Source: Heteronotia binoei (lineage: Eukaryota). Taken from it: a stretch of 64,000 nucleotides of DNA. Under the pieces are notes generated by a model. It had not been told where the DNA came from. It made no database searches and saw only the letters and a list, made by a program, of their open reading frames with translations. Below, piece after piece: positions 24,701 to 35,000 of the stretch. The translations under genes were made by a program, and so were the position numbers. The stretch lies in NCBI RefSeq assembly GCF_032191835.1, contig NC_083232.1:682001-746000 (forward strand). Reading direction: 5' to 3'. Position 1 is the stretch's first letter. Every line of letters begins with the position of its first letter.

Positions 24701-27700
24701 AGTGAGGCCACACTCACAGAACATGGAGAGAAGTGCCTGGAAGCAGAGTGCTCCATTTAGCCAAGCCAGGCTGGAGAAGGGGCCTTTCCTCCCAGCTGGG
24801 CCCCTCTCAGCCTAGCTTTAAAGCCCCGCCCCGTGGCCGCCTCCTGTCTGCAAGAGATCCAGAGCCAGGCCTGCCGGGGAGTCTGAGGTGGAGGAACCTT
24901 CTGAAGTGCAGACAGCCAAGGCCGGACAGCGAGACTTGCCTCCTGGGAGGAGTCTCCGGGTGTGTGGGGTGCAGGCCAAGCCAGATCACTCCCACAGCGC
25001 AAGGAAGCTGGGCAGGGAGGGTGGCGGGGCTCACCTGGCGACAGTGACGACCAGGCCCAGGAGGGTGATGGTGGTCAGGATGTGCTGCACGGTGAGGACG
25101 TCCTCGTCGTAGACGGTGAGGGCGATGAGCACGGCCAGGATGGAGCCGGCGAAGAAGCCGATGTTCTTGGCCAGCACGGTGAGCAGGGGGCTGGTGAAGG
25201 AGTTCATGTACTTGGAGGCCGGCTTGTAGCCGCGGCTCAGGCGGGCGTGCAGCTCGTGGTCCAGCTCATTGAAGTGGCGCAGGTAGAGGCGGCCGTAGAG
25301 CGACCAGCGGCGGGCCCCCAGGCTGCCCGGCTCCCGCTTGAGCACCTCCGTGTAGCTGAAGAAGGCGTAGAGCACCTGCCACACCAGGATGAAGGGGCAG
25401 AGCAGCAGGTTGGCCAGCCCCAGCAGCAGCATGCCACGCCCCAGGCGCCGGGCCAGCTGCAGGCGGGTCCCCGAGCGCTTGTACTGGGGCTGCAGGCTCC
25501 ACTTGCTCTGGAAGAGGGAGCCCGGCCCCCAGAAGAAGAGCAGCTCCAGGTTGTACTTCAGGCCCTTGGTCAGGAAGACCACCTCCCCCAGCAGGGGCAG
25601 GCGGAAGCGGACGGGCAGCAGCGACTTGTTCACCATGGCCACGAGGTAGTTCTGGAAGCGCAGGATGCGGTGGTGGATGTCCAGCTCCGTCAGCTCCCGC
25701 TTGTGGACGCACATCTGCTGCTCCCGCTGCAGCGAGATCAGGCGCGCCTGCACTTCCTGCCAGCTGCGGTTGCACAACTCTCCCTGCATGGAACCACCAA
25801 GGGTGAGGCCTCCAGCCCAGCGCCCACCCGCACAACTGAGTCTCCGTGCCCCAGGGGAGAGCGGGCAAAGGTGCTGCTTTCCTTCCCCCTCAGCTGAGCC
25901 CTGCTCTCCCAGCTGCCTCTCGGCCCTCCCACAACATCCCCGCACTCTCCGCATGACCACAACGAAGGCCACGCAGCCCACCCCACTGCTGCAAGGGGTG
26001 CCTGCCACGGAATCAGACCCTGCCTCGGCCCTTCCGGGTCAGCTCCGTCTGAGTCGACTGGCAGCAGCTCCCTGGCCAGGGTCTCTTCCCCATCAACTTT
26101 TGACTGCAGATGCTGCTGTGGGTTGAACCAGGGACCACTGCAGGCTCAGCAAAGACTCTACCACTGAGCCACGGCCCCTCTGCCCAAGCAGCCCCCACAG
26201 CCATCTGTGACCATGAGATGTCTAGAGAGGATTCCTGTGCAAACAACCTGCTGCAGAGGGTTTTGATGGGGTGCCACTAATTTCGGCCCCAAAGGTCAAG
26301 AGCGGCCCTTGACTCTGAGTCGGAGACTACAGCTAGCACAGAATGCTGCAGCATGGTTGTTAATGGGACTCCCGAGATGGGAGCACATTCAACCAGTGCT
26401 GAAAGAAAGGCTGCCTATTGTGTTCCAAGTCCGTTTCAAGCTGGTATTGACCTTTAAAACCCTATACAGCCAAGGACTTGTCTATCTAAGGGACCGCCTT
26501 TCCCCATAGGTTCCCCGGAGAGCACTGCGTTCAGGAACTAAAAATCTATTGTCCATCCCCGGACCAAGGGAGGGCAGACTGGGCATTACACGGGCCAGGG
26601 CCTTCTCAGTGGCAACACCAATGCTGTGGAATGCGCTCCCTGAGGCCATAAGAGCTCTGCAGGATCTCTCCCAATTCCACAGAGTTTATAAAACAGAACT
26701 TTTTAAACAGGCCTCTAAGAACTAGGGGAGAAGGCTGCCGCTTTTGTGCTACTGAGCAACTCCACCAGAAGGACCACCGACAGATAAATTGTAAACTCTG
26801 TATAGCACCAATACTTTGTTTTAAATTGTAATTTAAAACTGTCTTATTGTTTTGAACATATGAAGCTGCCTTATACTGAATCAGACCTTTGGTCCATCAA
26901 AGTCAATCTTGTCTACTCAGACTGGCAGCCGCTCTCCAGGGTCTCCAGCTGAGGTTTTTCACACCTATTTGCCTGGACCCTTTTTAGTTGGAGATGCTGG
27001 GGATTGAACCTGGGACCTTCTGCTTCCCAAGCAGATGCTCTGCCACTGAGCCACAGCCCCATTCATGGCTCCCCAGGGTCTCCAGCTGAGGTTTTCCACG
27101 CCACTTTGCCTGGACCCTTTTTTGGAGATGCCAGGAATTGAACCTGGGACCTTCTGCTTCCCAAGCAGATGCTCTACCACTGAGCCACCATCCCTCCCCG
27201 TTTTATATTTGAAGTTGAGATGCTGGCTTTTATATGATTGTTAGCCACCCTGAGTCCGTTTGGAATGGGCGGGATATAAATGGAAAGTAAATAAATAAAC
27301 AAATAAATAAGAGGATGGTAAACCAATACCAATAAGACTTTTAAAGCCCCCAGGAACCAGCATCACCCAAGCAAGGCAGAGGGGGTGCACCTGCTGCAAA
27401 GAGAGGGCACCCAGAGCCCCACCCACCCTCCAGGCCACGGCTGTTCAGGCGCTGCCCTCCTCCCTGCACTCACCGAGGGGATCCGGAGGGCCTTGGTGTA
27501 AAAGGCCCGGATCTCCCAGTAGCCCAGGAGGCTGCAGAGCACCTTCCCCAAGCGGTAGAGCCAGAAGGTGGCAGCCATCACCAGCAGGAAGATGATCCAG
27601 CCGCTGCCCCGGATCCTGCAGCCGAGAGAAGGTGGGGGGGGGGGGGGGAGAAAGAGGCAGCGTCAGCCAGGCCAGCCCGGGACCTGGTGGGTCATGCGAC

Positions 27701-29334
27701 TGGGGCAGGGCCGGTGGCATTAAGGCCAGCTCCAAGGCTGGCGTCTCCCGTCACACACAGCCACTCTCCTGCTAAACCAGCTTTTCTTTTGAAGAAAAGG
27801 ATACCCCAGCTGAGACCAGCTACAGGGAGGGGGTGACCTTCCTTGCCTGCCCCCACTGGAGGCATCTGGCTGGCCACACCTTCTCCCTCCCCCTCCGCAC
27901 ATCAGCACTGGCCGCAGTCGCCCCAATAGCACTGCTTAGCCCCCCTCAGGGCAACTCAGCCACTGACCGAGGAGGCAGACCGGGGGTGAGTCCACAGCAG
28001 CCGACTCCGCCAGTTCCACATTCAGAATCAGATATCAAGAGAAGAAGAATTGGCTTTTATTTTTCTACCCCAGGGAGTCTTGGAGTGGCCTTCCTTTCCC
28101 CTCCCCACAACAGGCCCAGCACTCTGACAGAACTTGCAACTGGCCCAAGGTCACCCAGCCAGCTTCCCGTGGAGGAGGAGTGCTCCCAGACGAGAGTGAA
28201 ATGGAAGCCAGACCCTCCCCTCCTCGAAGGGGGGAGAAGCTGGGAGGCCCCACCGTGCCTGAAGATGGTTCCTGCATCCCAGCCTCTTTGCTCACCTCTC
28301 AGCACACTGCGGTGTGGGCAGGATGGCATCCGCCAGCGTCACCTTCCCTCGGTCTGTAAAGCCACCTCCTGGCTGCGTGTGATTGACAGGCCGGTTGGCA
28401 AATAGCACATCGTACTCCACGCAGCAAAACAGGAAGGTGGTGAAGGTGACAACAAACAGGAACTGCCTGGGAAAGGAGCAGCCTGGGCTCAGAGGCCTGC
28501 CTTGCCCTGCCCCCGGCCCCCCTCCCACGCTGGACCTGGGCTCTTTTCCTGGCCCACCGCACACAAGGGCAGGCCGCAGCCCTCGGGGGGGGGGGATATG
28601 GGACCAAGTCTTGTCCTCCTCCTGGCCTCTTGACCAGGACTGGGGCCCCCATGTCTCTCCAGCCCCTCCGTGTGGGGAAAGGGCTTGTGGTCCAAGCTCT
28701 GGCTCCTTACACCAGCTCAAAGACATCAGAGAGCATCATGCAGGCAAAGCCATTCTTCTGGTGGAAGTGGTAGATGTGCAGAGGCAGTCAAGGAAAAGCG
28801 CAGCAACTGCCCCAGTCACCCCTGCCAGGCTCTCCTGTATCCCACCTCCCCCCCACAGAAGACTAACGGGGGAGCCTGCTCAGCCTTCGAAAGCCCCAGC
28901 TGGCAGCCCAAGGCCTCCTGGGGAGGGGAAGGCAGAAAGCTGCTCGCTTGTCCCTCCGAGGCATCCCAGTCCGCCCCCCGCTGGGCCTCTAGGGACAGCC
29001 TCTCAACAGGGCTGAGCGGAGACTTTGCGGGAGGCTGCTGGAGAGCCGTTGCAGCACTCCTTCCGGCCCCTGCCACAAAGGATATTTTGGTGAAGAAGTT
29101 ATCTAGATTCTTGATGTGATGCCAGGAATCTGGGAAGGAAGAAAAAGGGCAGTTTGGCCATGATCCCTCTGGCGTCCCCCCCTCCCCACTCCAAGGCCCC
29201 ACTGCCCCCTGCCGGGTACCCTTCAGGCCCTCGGTGACGTGCACCAACAGCTGCTCCTCCTCCTCGGGGGGAGAATCCTCCGCGAAGTCCGGCAGGCGAT
29301 GGTAGTCCCCATAATGCTCCTGGCTGACCGCCAT
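9768..29334 (-). CDS. ATG9B: Autophagy-related protein 9B (lipid scramblase), 13 coding exons, 793 aa
   Basis: Exons (-): 29334-29220, 29129-29086, 28775-28711, 28466-28296, 27615-27474, 25783-25035, 13296-13143, 13055-12876, 12187-11939, 11855-11650, 11281-11179, 11052-10971, 9889-9768 (2382 nt, phases consistent). Motifs [81 protein letters not shown]. The last two exons are less certain. Position between NOS3 and ABCB8 identifies the B paralog. Confidence 0.93.
12205..12480 (-). mobile_element. tRNA-derived SINE, family B
   Basis: On -: GGAGAGCCAGTTTGGTGTAGTGATGAAG...GGTTTGATTCTCC head and (TTC)n tail. Related copies at 3467-3590, 16690-16835, 23700-23960, 38880-39375, 62760-62870. Confidence 0.8.
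13812..16480 (+). mobile_element. Decayed CR1 LINE, 5' part (ORF1 zinc finger and SGNH esterase, ORF2 endonuclease), 3'-truncated
   Basis: [17 protein letters not shown]...CSKCKLV; [11 protein letters not shown]...[11 protein letters not shown]; [15 protein letters not shown]...LIGITESWW; VESLWVKI...GVCYRPPSQ. Many stops and frameshifts. Confidence 0.85.
15657..15868 (+). mobile_element. tRNA-derived SINE, family A (Squam-type), inserted in CR1
   Basis: A box TGGCTCAGTGG, B box GGTTCAATCCC; body matches copies at 23074 and 26855. Confidence 0.8.
17095..22992 (-). mobile_element. TSD-flanked, decayed L1-clade LINE (5'UTR, ORF1 relic, ORF2 EN-RT-Cys domain with internal deletion)
   Basis: EN: [16 protein letters not shown]...ICLQEVH (21358-20237). 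RT: [38 protein letters not shown]-term CWKC..HMWWTC. AATAAA at 17101-17096. TSD CTCTTTTGATTTAA (17081-17094) vs CTCTTTTAATTTAA (22993-23006). Confidence 0.9.
17366..18267 (-). mobile_element. 5'-truncated L1 of a second family nested in ORF2 of the larger L1
   Basis: Own AATAAA (17391-17386) and poly(A). 12-bp TSD CCACTCCCTTTT at 17354-17365 and 18268-18279. Encodes an intact ORF2 C-terminus ([18 protein letters not shown]). Confidence 0.85.
23074..23292 (+). mobile_element. tRNA-derived SINE, family A
   Basis: GGGGAGGGACGGTGGCTCAGTGGTAGAGCATCTGC...GGTTCAATCCC... with CATATGTT-repeat tail. Confidence 0.82.
23700..23960 (-). mobile_element. tRNA-derived SINE, family B
   Basis: Near-identical body to 12205-12480. 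Confidence 0.78.
24077..24586 (+). repeat. CR1 3' fragment
   Basis: ACATTAGGAAGAACTTCCTGAC...CAGTGGAACAGGCTTCC...GGACTAGATGACC...TTCTATGAATCTATGA. Confidence 0.8.
26310..26720 (+). mobile_element. L2-clade LINE 3' fragment
   Basis: [37 protein letters not shown]; GCCTTCTCAGTGG..CTGTGGAATGCGCTCCC. Confidence 0.75.
26855..27200 (-). mobile_element. tRNA-derived SINE, family A, with tandemly duplicated 5' head (137-bp period)
   Basis: Reverse complement of family A; head segment repeats at 26938 and 27075. Confidence 0.8.
28776..29085 (-). other. U12-type (minor spliceosome) AT-AC intron of ATG9B
   Basis: On - strand: donor AAA|ATATCCTTT at 29085, branch site TCCTTGAC (28794-28787), acceptor ...TGCAC|ATC at 28776. 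This splice is needed to join FFTK to IYHFHQKNG in frame. Confidence 0.9.
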
Positions 29335-31299
29335 GGGTGACGCCACTGGGCTGCCGCTCCCCACACAGACCTGGCCAGGAGGGAAGGCAGAAGCAGAGCA
29401 ATTTCAGCACCACCCTCCCTTTAAGGCCCCCCTCCCCAGACAGCTGCACCACCACCATCACCCGCAGTCTGGCAGTCCTGGTTCTCGGGCAGGCCTGGCT
29501 CAGAGTAGCAGGCACCAACACTCCCTGCCCTGTGGCTCCACCTGTGCTGTGGCTCCGTCTTCTCCTCCCCGCTCAGAGATTGGAGGGAACCCAGCACAGC
29601 CCTGCGCTTCCTGCCTTCTTCAGTCGGCCTCTTAGTCGCTTCTCCAGGACAGCTGCAGAGCCCCTGCCAGGAGTCCGGCTCAAGAGGAGCCCAGCCTGGC
29701 CTCCCAAGGCAAGAGGAGAGAAGCGCCACAAGCACCAACCTCTTCCCTCCAGCCTGTATAGAGGGAGGGGGGAGATGAGGAGCCGGCTGCCCCACACATC
29801 AGATGAGCCAACACAGGGGGGGAGAAGACACCCTGTGGGGAGTGGAGGCACCCTAGAGCAAAAAGCCAGTGCCAGGGGCCCTCAAAGCTCTCCCCCCATG
29901 AGGCTGAGCAGAGAAAAAAGGGACACCTCAGCAGCCCAGCAATGGAAGGCATCAAGCACAGGCCTTGCTTTCCCTTGCCAAACGGCAAGACCCCTTGCTG
30001 CCAGCAGAGGTGTGTGCCAGGCAGAATCCCCACCTCTGCCTCCAGATCTACCTGTGTACCTCCTGCTCACCTCGATCCAGTGTCCTCATATGTCTCCCCC
30101 CTCCACACACACAGAGGAAGAGTCACCCGGCAAGCTAAAAATACCTTGGGCAGCAAGTTCATAAACAGGCCGGGACGGGTAAACATGACAGGCAGTGGGC
30201 GGAGCACCAATTGGGCGAATCTCAAGGAAGCAGCCACTGCATCACTGCTGAGCCCTACTGCCCTGCAATGATTCAGGGGAGAAACACTCACGTCCTGTGC
30301 CCTCCCCAAACACAAAGGGCTTGCTCAAACCCTGCTGCCCAGGAAAGAGGTGAGGGATCCTGGCTGCCAGAATGCCAGCTTGGGGAGTGACTCAGCCCCC
30401 TGGGAACGCTGGCCACAACAGGGTCTCCAGAAAAGACTAGCAAGCAGACATCACGTTCGGAACCAGCTGAACTCGGGAACTCCTCTCCGCTCTTCCTTCC
30501 TTCCTTCCACCCACCCCTGCCCCACACCTTAAACCCTCCGAATCCTACATCTGGGACTGCCCTTTCAAATCCCCACCTTCCCTCCCAGACCAAGCAAGAT
30601 GCAGGGGTGTCCCGCAGCCCAGGAAAGCCAGCCCATCACCAGCACCCGCCCCTGGCCTGAAGAGCAAGGAAGCTGGAGCCCCCTGGTCAGGCCTGCAATG
30701 GAGCCTGGAGAGGAAGGAACCGGGGGTGGGAGGGAGAACTACATGAGCCTTCTTGCCCCCAGCCTGTCCCTGGCAAGCAAACCTCCACGTGCAAAACTGT
30801 CTCAGAATCACGGTCTTCCAAAGGAAGAAGGACCTGAGATGGCATCTAGCCCAACTCCCCTCGTTCATCACAGGGATGCCTCAAGGACACCAGTCCAAAC
30901 AAAAGGCAGCACAGCCTCCACATGAAGGGAGAGCTCCCTCCATCCCATCCCTGAGGGGCCAACAAGATTCCTGGGGAGTCACAGCTCCCCTCATCAGACA
31001 CAAGCTGGGGAGCCCCCACCCCAAGAACCCAGTCAGTCTCGAAGGTGCTCCTGGAGGCGAATTTCCCTCTTCTCCCGCAGACTGACATGGCTGCCCCCCC
31101 CCCCCCCGAAACTGCTTCCACTGTCAAAGGGGACTCTTCTTCCAGCATTCAACGGAAACCTCCCCTCCTGTAACACACTCCGTCTCTGGCTGGGAGGCAG
31201 AGAGCAACAGGCAGGCTTCCCAGGGAAGCAGCCGGAAGGGGAATGAGACCAGGAGCCACGGAAACAGCAAGGCAGACGAGCAGGCAGCAAACGGCCAGC

Positions 31300-32060
31300 A
31301 GACTTGGCGGCCCCCGCGAAAGAGAAGCATCTGGGGCGACAGCCTCGCAAGCCTTGCGGCCCCACGCACCTAGCGGGAGGCGGAGACGCTGAGCCTCTTC
31401 CCGGCTGTGGGAAGGAAGGAAGGAAGGAAGGAATGTGCTGCAGCCGGTCTTCTGGGCAGCCGCTCATGTCGCCATCGCAGGGGCTCTTTCCCGGCGCGGC
31501 GCAAGGGGCTGGCGCGGGCTCATGGCCAGCAGTCGTGCAAGAGCCCTGCAGAGAGGCCTCCCGCCTGCAGCACTCAGCCCGAGCGCGCCACGACGCGGCT
31601 GCACGGGGGGGTCCTAGGCCCCAGCATCCCGGGGAACGCCGCTTCGCCTTGCAGCGGGTGACTGTGCAGCGGGCGCGATCCCGCGGGGGCCACGAGGACG
31701 CGCGTCTGCCGCAGCTGCGCACATCTGCCTGGGGACCCGGTCACGTGGCCTCCGCCGCCCGCGCTGGGCATTGTGGGGCCGCTGACGGGCCAATATGGCG
31801 GCGCGCGCTGCGGCCTGAACCGTCCTGCTGCCGCTGCCGGCCTCCCGCTCCTTTCGCCATGCTGGCGCGGCTGCTACTCCTGAGGCCGGCCCTCTTCGCC
31901 ACGCCGGCGGCCAAGGGCAGGCCTGCGCGGGCCTTTTTGGTTGCCAGGTAACCAGCGTCCGCGCGGGGCAGGACGGGAAGGGCTTCTTCCGACCCCCCTC
32001 CCGCGCGGAGCATCATGGTCGCTGTAGTCCATGCGGGGCGCTGCGAGGGGCCTGGAGCCC
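31300..32060. promoter_or_regulatory. CpG-island bidirectional promoter shared by ATG9B (-) and ABCB8 (+)
   Basis: CpG-dense segment between divergent start codons. GTCACGTGGC (E-box/CLEAR-like) at 31740-31749; CAATATGGCGGC (YY1-like) at 31791-31802; candidate ATG9B non-coding exon-1 donor AG|GTGCGT on - strand at 31369. Confidence 0.7.
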
Positions 32061-35000
32061 GTCAACCGCGTGGAGCGCTCTGGGAAGTGTAGTTTGTGCC
32101 TAGGGTTGCCAAGTCCAATTTAAGAAATATCTGGGGACTTTGGGGGTGGAGCCAGGAGTCTTTGGGGGTGGAACCAGGAGACATTGGGGGCGGAGCCGAG
32201 ACAAGGGTGTGACAAGCATAATTGAACTCCAAGGGAGTTCTGGCTATCACATTTAAAGGGACTGCACAAATTTTTAAATGCCTTCCTTCTATAGAAAATA
32301 ATGAAGGATAGGGGCACCTTCTTTTGGGGCTCATAGGATTGGACACCCTGGTCCAATCTTTTTGAAACTAGGGAGGTATTTTGGGGAGAGGCACTAGATG
32401 CTATACTGAAAATTTGGTGCCTCTATCTCAAAAAACAGCCCCCCAGAGCCCCCGATACTGCGGATCAATTCCCCATCATTCCCTACGGGAATCATTCATG
32501 GAGGTGCATGATGGCTCTGGGGGCGGGGCTTCCCCCACCAGCCAGCTGGCTGGGGGGGGGGGGAAGCCTGTAAAACTGGGGGATCCCTCTCTGGGACCTG
32601 GGGATTGGGAAGCCTATTTGTGCCCCTTGCCGGTTGGGGGAAGGAAGCTGCCTGCTGCAGGTGAAGCCCCTTCTGGGTGGAAGGAGGAGGAGGAGGAATG
32701 CCCCTGCTGTCCTGCCTGAGGAGAGGAGGGGCTGTGCTGGGCTGCTGGCCAAGCAGGGGCTCTGGCACCTGGGAAACGGGGAGGGGAGGCTGGTGCCAGG
32801 CAGCTGGGGATTGCCTACACAGGGGATGTACTGAATGGAATGACAGGCTTGCCCGTTGGAAATCATGGGAGCCAGGAATGCCCATAGACTTGCATTGGAA
32901 TACATCACAGCACAAGAAGAGTTGCAAAGAAAATGCAGATCGGAGTTCTCATTAAGCTCTCCGGGGCCAGGCACACTACTCTGGCGCTGGAATGACAGTC
33001 CCTGGGAGTTGCAGAAGCATTTGGGGGCTGGAACGACAGCCCCTAGGGGAAGCGAAAGTGTTCAGGGACTGAAAGGACAGTCCCTGGAAGTAGCAGGAGT
33101 GATCTGGGATTTGAATGACAGGCCCCAGAGTGGAATGAGAACCCCGGAAGTCCACAAAGACTAGAGGCCACAGTGTGTTAAAGACTGGCTAACCAATAAA
33201 GAATCACGGTGGAAACGATATTGTCTATGTCTTCGTATTCCATGAAATTTACTATCACATTGAAGTCGTTTACAACAGTAAAGTACGAGTTGCAAATACA
33301 ACAAAGTCATGAAAACTTTCTACACACACACATTTGTTTCAATTCAGGATCATAGTCAAAATAAGACTCAAAATTATGATTCAACCAAAGACGGCTAGTC
33401 ACCAGTAAACATCCAAATGAACCAAAAGTACAAACAGCGCAAAATCAAATTAAAAACAAGTTAATGCCAGACGAGGATATTCTGCGCGGTTGAACCAAAA
33501 TTCCCGCAAGAAAAGCAATCCAGAAAAGGGGACCAGTGTGGCGTGCCGCAGGGAGCAGATTCTTTCCCCAATGTTATGTAAAATCTATATTTGCCCCCTT
33601 GTCCAGATTATCCGGAGATATGGGCTGGGGTGTAACCAATATGTGGCCATCAGCCAGCTCCGTCTACTGATGGACGGCTGCCCGGATTCAGTCCCGAAGG
33701 AACTGAGTAGGGCATTGCAAACTGGCTGGATGGTTGCTGAAACTGAATCCATCAAAGACGGAGGTCCTAGGCTATGGGGGGTTGGGATCAGAGGTCAGGT
33801 TCCCATCCTTTGACGGGGCTCCATTGGTGCCCAAGTCAGGGGTGAAGAAATTGGGGGAACTCCTGGATGCCTCTGATGGGCCAGGTTGCCACCACTGCCA
33901 GATCTGCCTTTTTCCATCTGAGACGGGTCAGACAGTTGGTCCCATATCTCACCTCCATCACCTGGCCACAGCGACCCAAGTGGCAGTAATTTCCAGGCTA
34001 TATTGTAACTCTCTGCATGGGGTTGCCCTTGATCCTGCTCCAGAAACTCCAGCTGGTGCAGAACGCTGCTGCATGGATGTTGACATTGTCGCCTGTACAG
34101 GCACGGATCCATCCTGTGCTGTGTGAACTGCACTGGCTACTTATTGAGTACTGGATCTGGTTCATGGTGCTGGTACTTACCTGTAAAGCCCTATACAGCC
34201 AGAGAGCTGGGCCCAGAGAGCGTAATGAAAACTCCATTCCACATTTTCCGTGCAACTTTTCTTGTGCTGTAATGTTTTTCAATGAAGATCATGCAAGTCA
34301 ATTGGCATTCCTGTCTCCCATTATTTCCAATGGGACTTCCAGCCTATCCCATTGTTTCCAAAGGGTGATCCTGTCATTCCTTTTAGTACATCGATCCTGT
34401 TGTCTCACTGTTGTGACCAGAACAGTTCCGCAGGGCCTGCAAAACCATCTTGTTCCGAACGGCCTTCACCAGCTGAAACTACTAAACTGCCAAGTAAACT
34501 TGCCAGCGGAATAGCACTAAATGTACTAATGTTTTTAGAATTTTATGGATTTTAATTAACTGTATTTAAATGCTATTTATTGTATAATGTATATTGAGTT
34601 TTTTGCTGTTAGCCGCCCTGAGCCGCTTGGTCGGGGAGGGCGGGATACAAATAAAATGTGACTGACTGACTGACAGAACACACCTGCCCCTGTTCCCTCC
34701 AGCCTTTCCCAATGCACATGTGTTCGGTGGCCCTGGCCTGTGGCTTTTGAGAAGAAAGAAGGGTGGGGATTGGGGGTCAGCTTCTCCTTGAGATGGGTCC
34801 TCTGGCTGAGGCCAAGCACTCTGTGGGGAATTGTTGTGTTGGGGGGAGGCTAGCGTGCCCCTCCCCTCCAGCTGGGCATTCAGAGCAGCCACCCTGGACC
34901 CCTGCCTCCTCTTTTCTCGAGGGCTGGTCCCCAGGGCTGAAGGCGTTTTCTTGTTCTCTCTCCTGAGACAGAGTGGCTTGTTGGACTGATGGGTCCCTAA

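Noticed and set aside
30070-30200. Possible ATG9B 5'UTR exon creating an overlapping uORF (MRTLDR...)
   Set aside because: A donor is visible at 30070, but the acceptor and usage cannot be supported from sequence alone.
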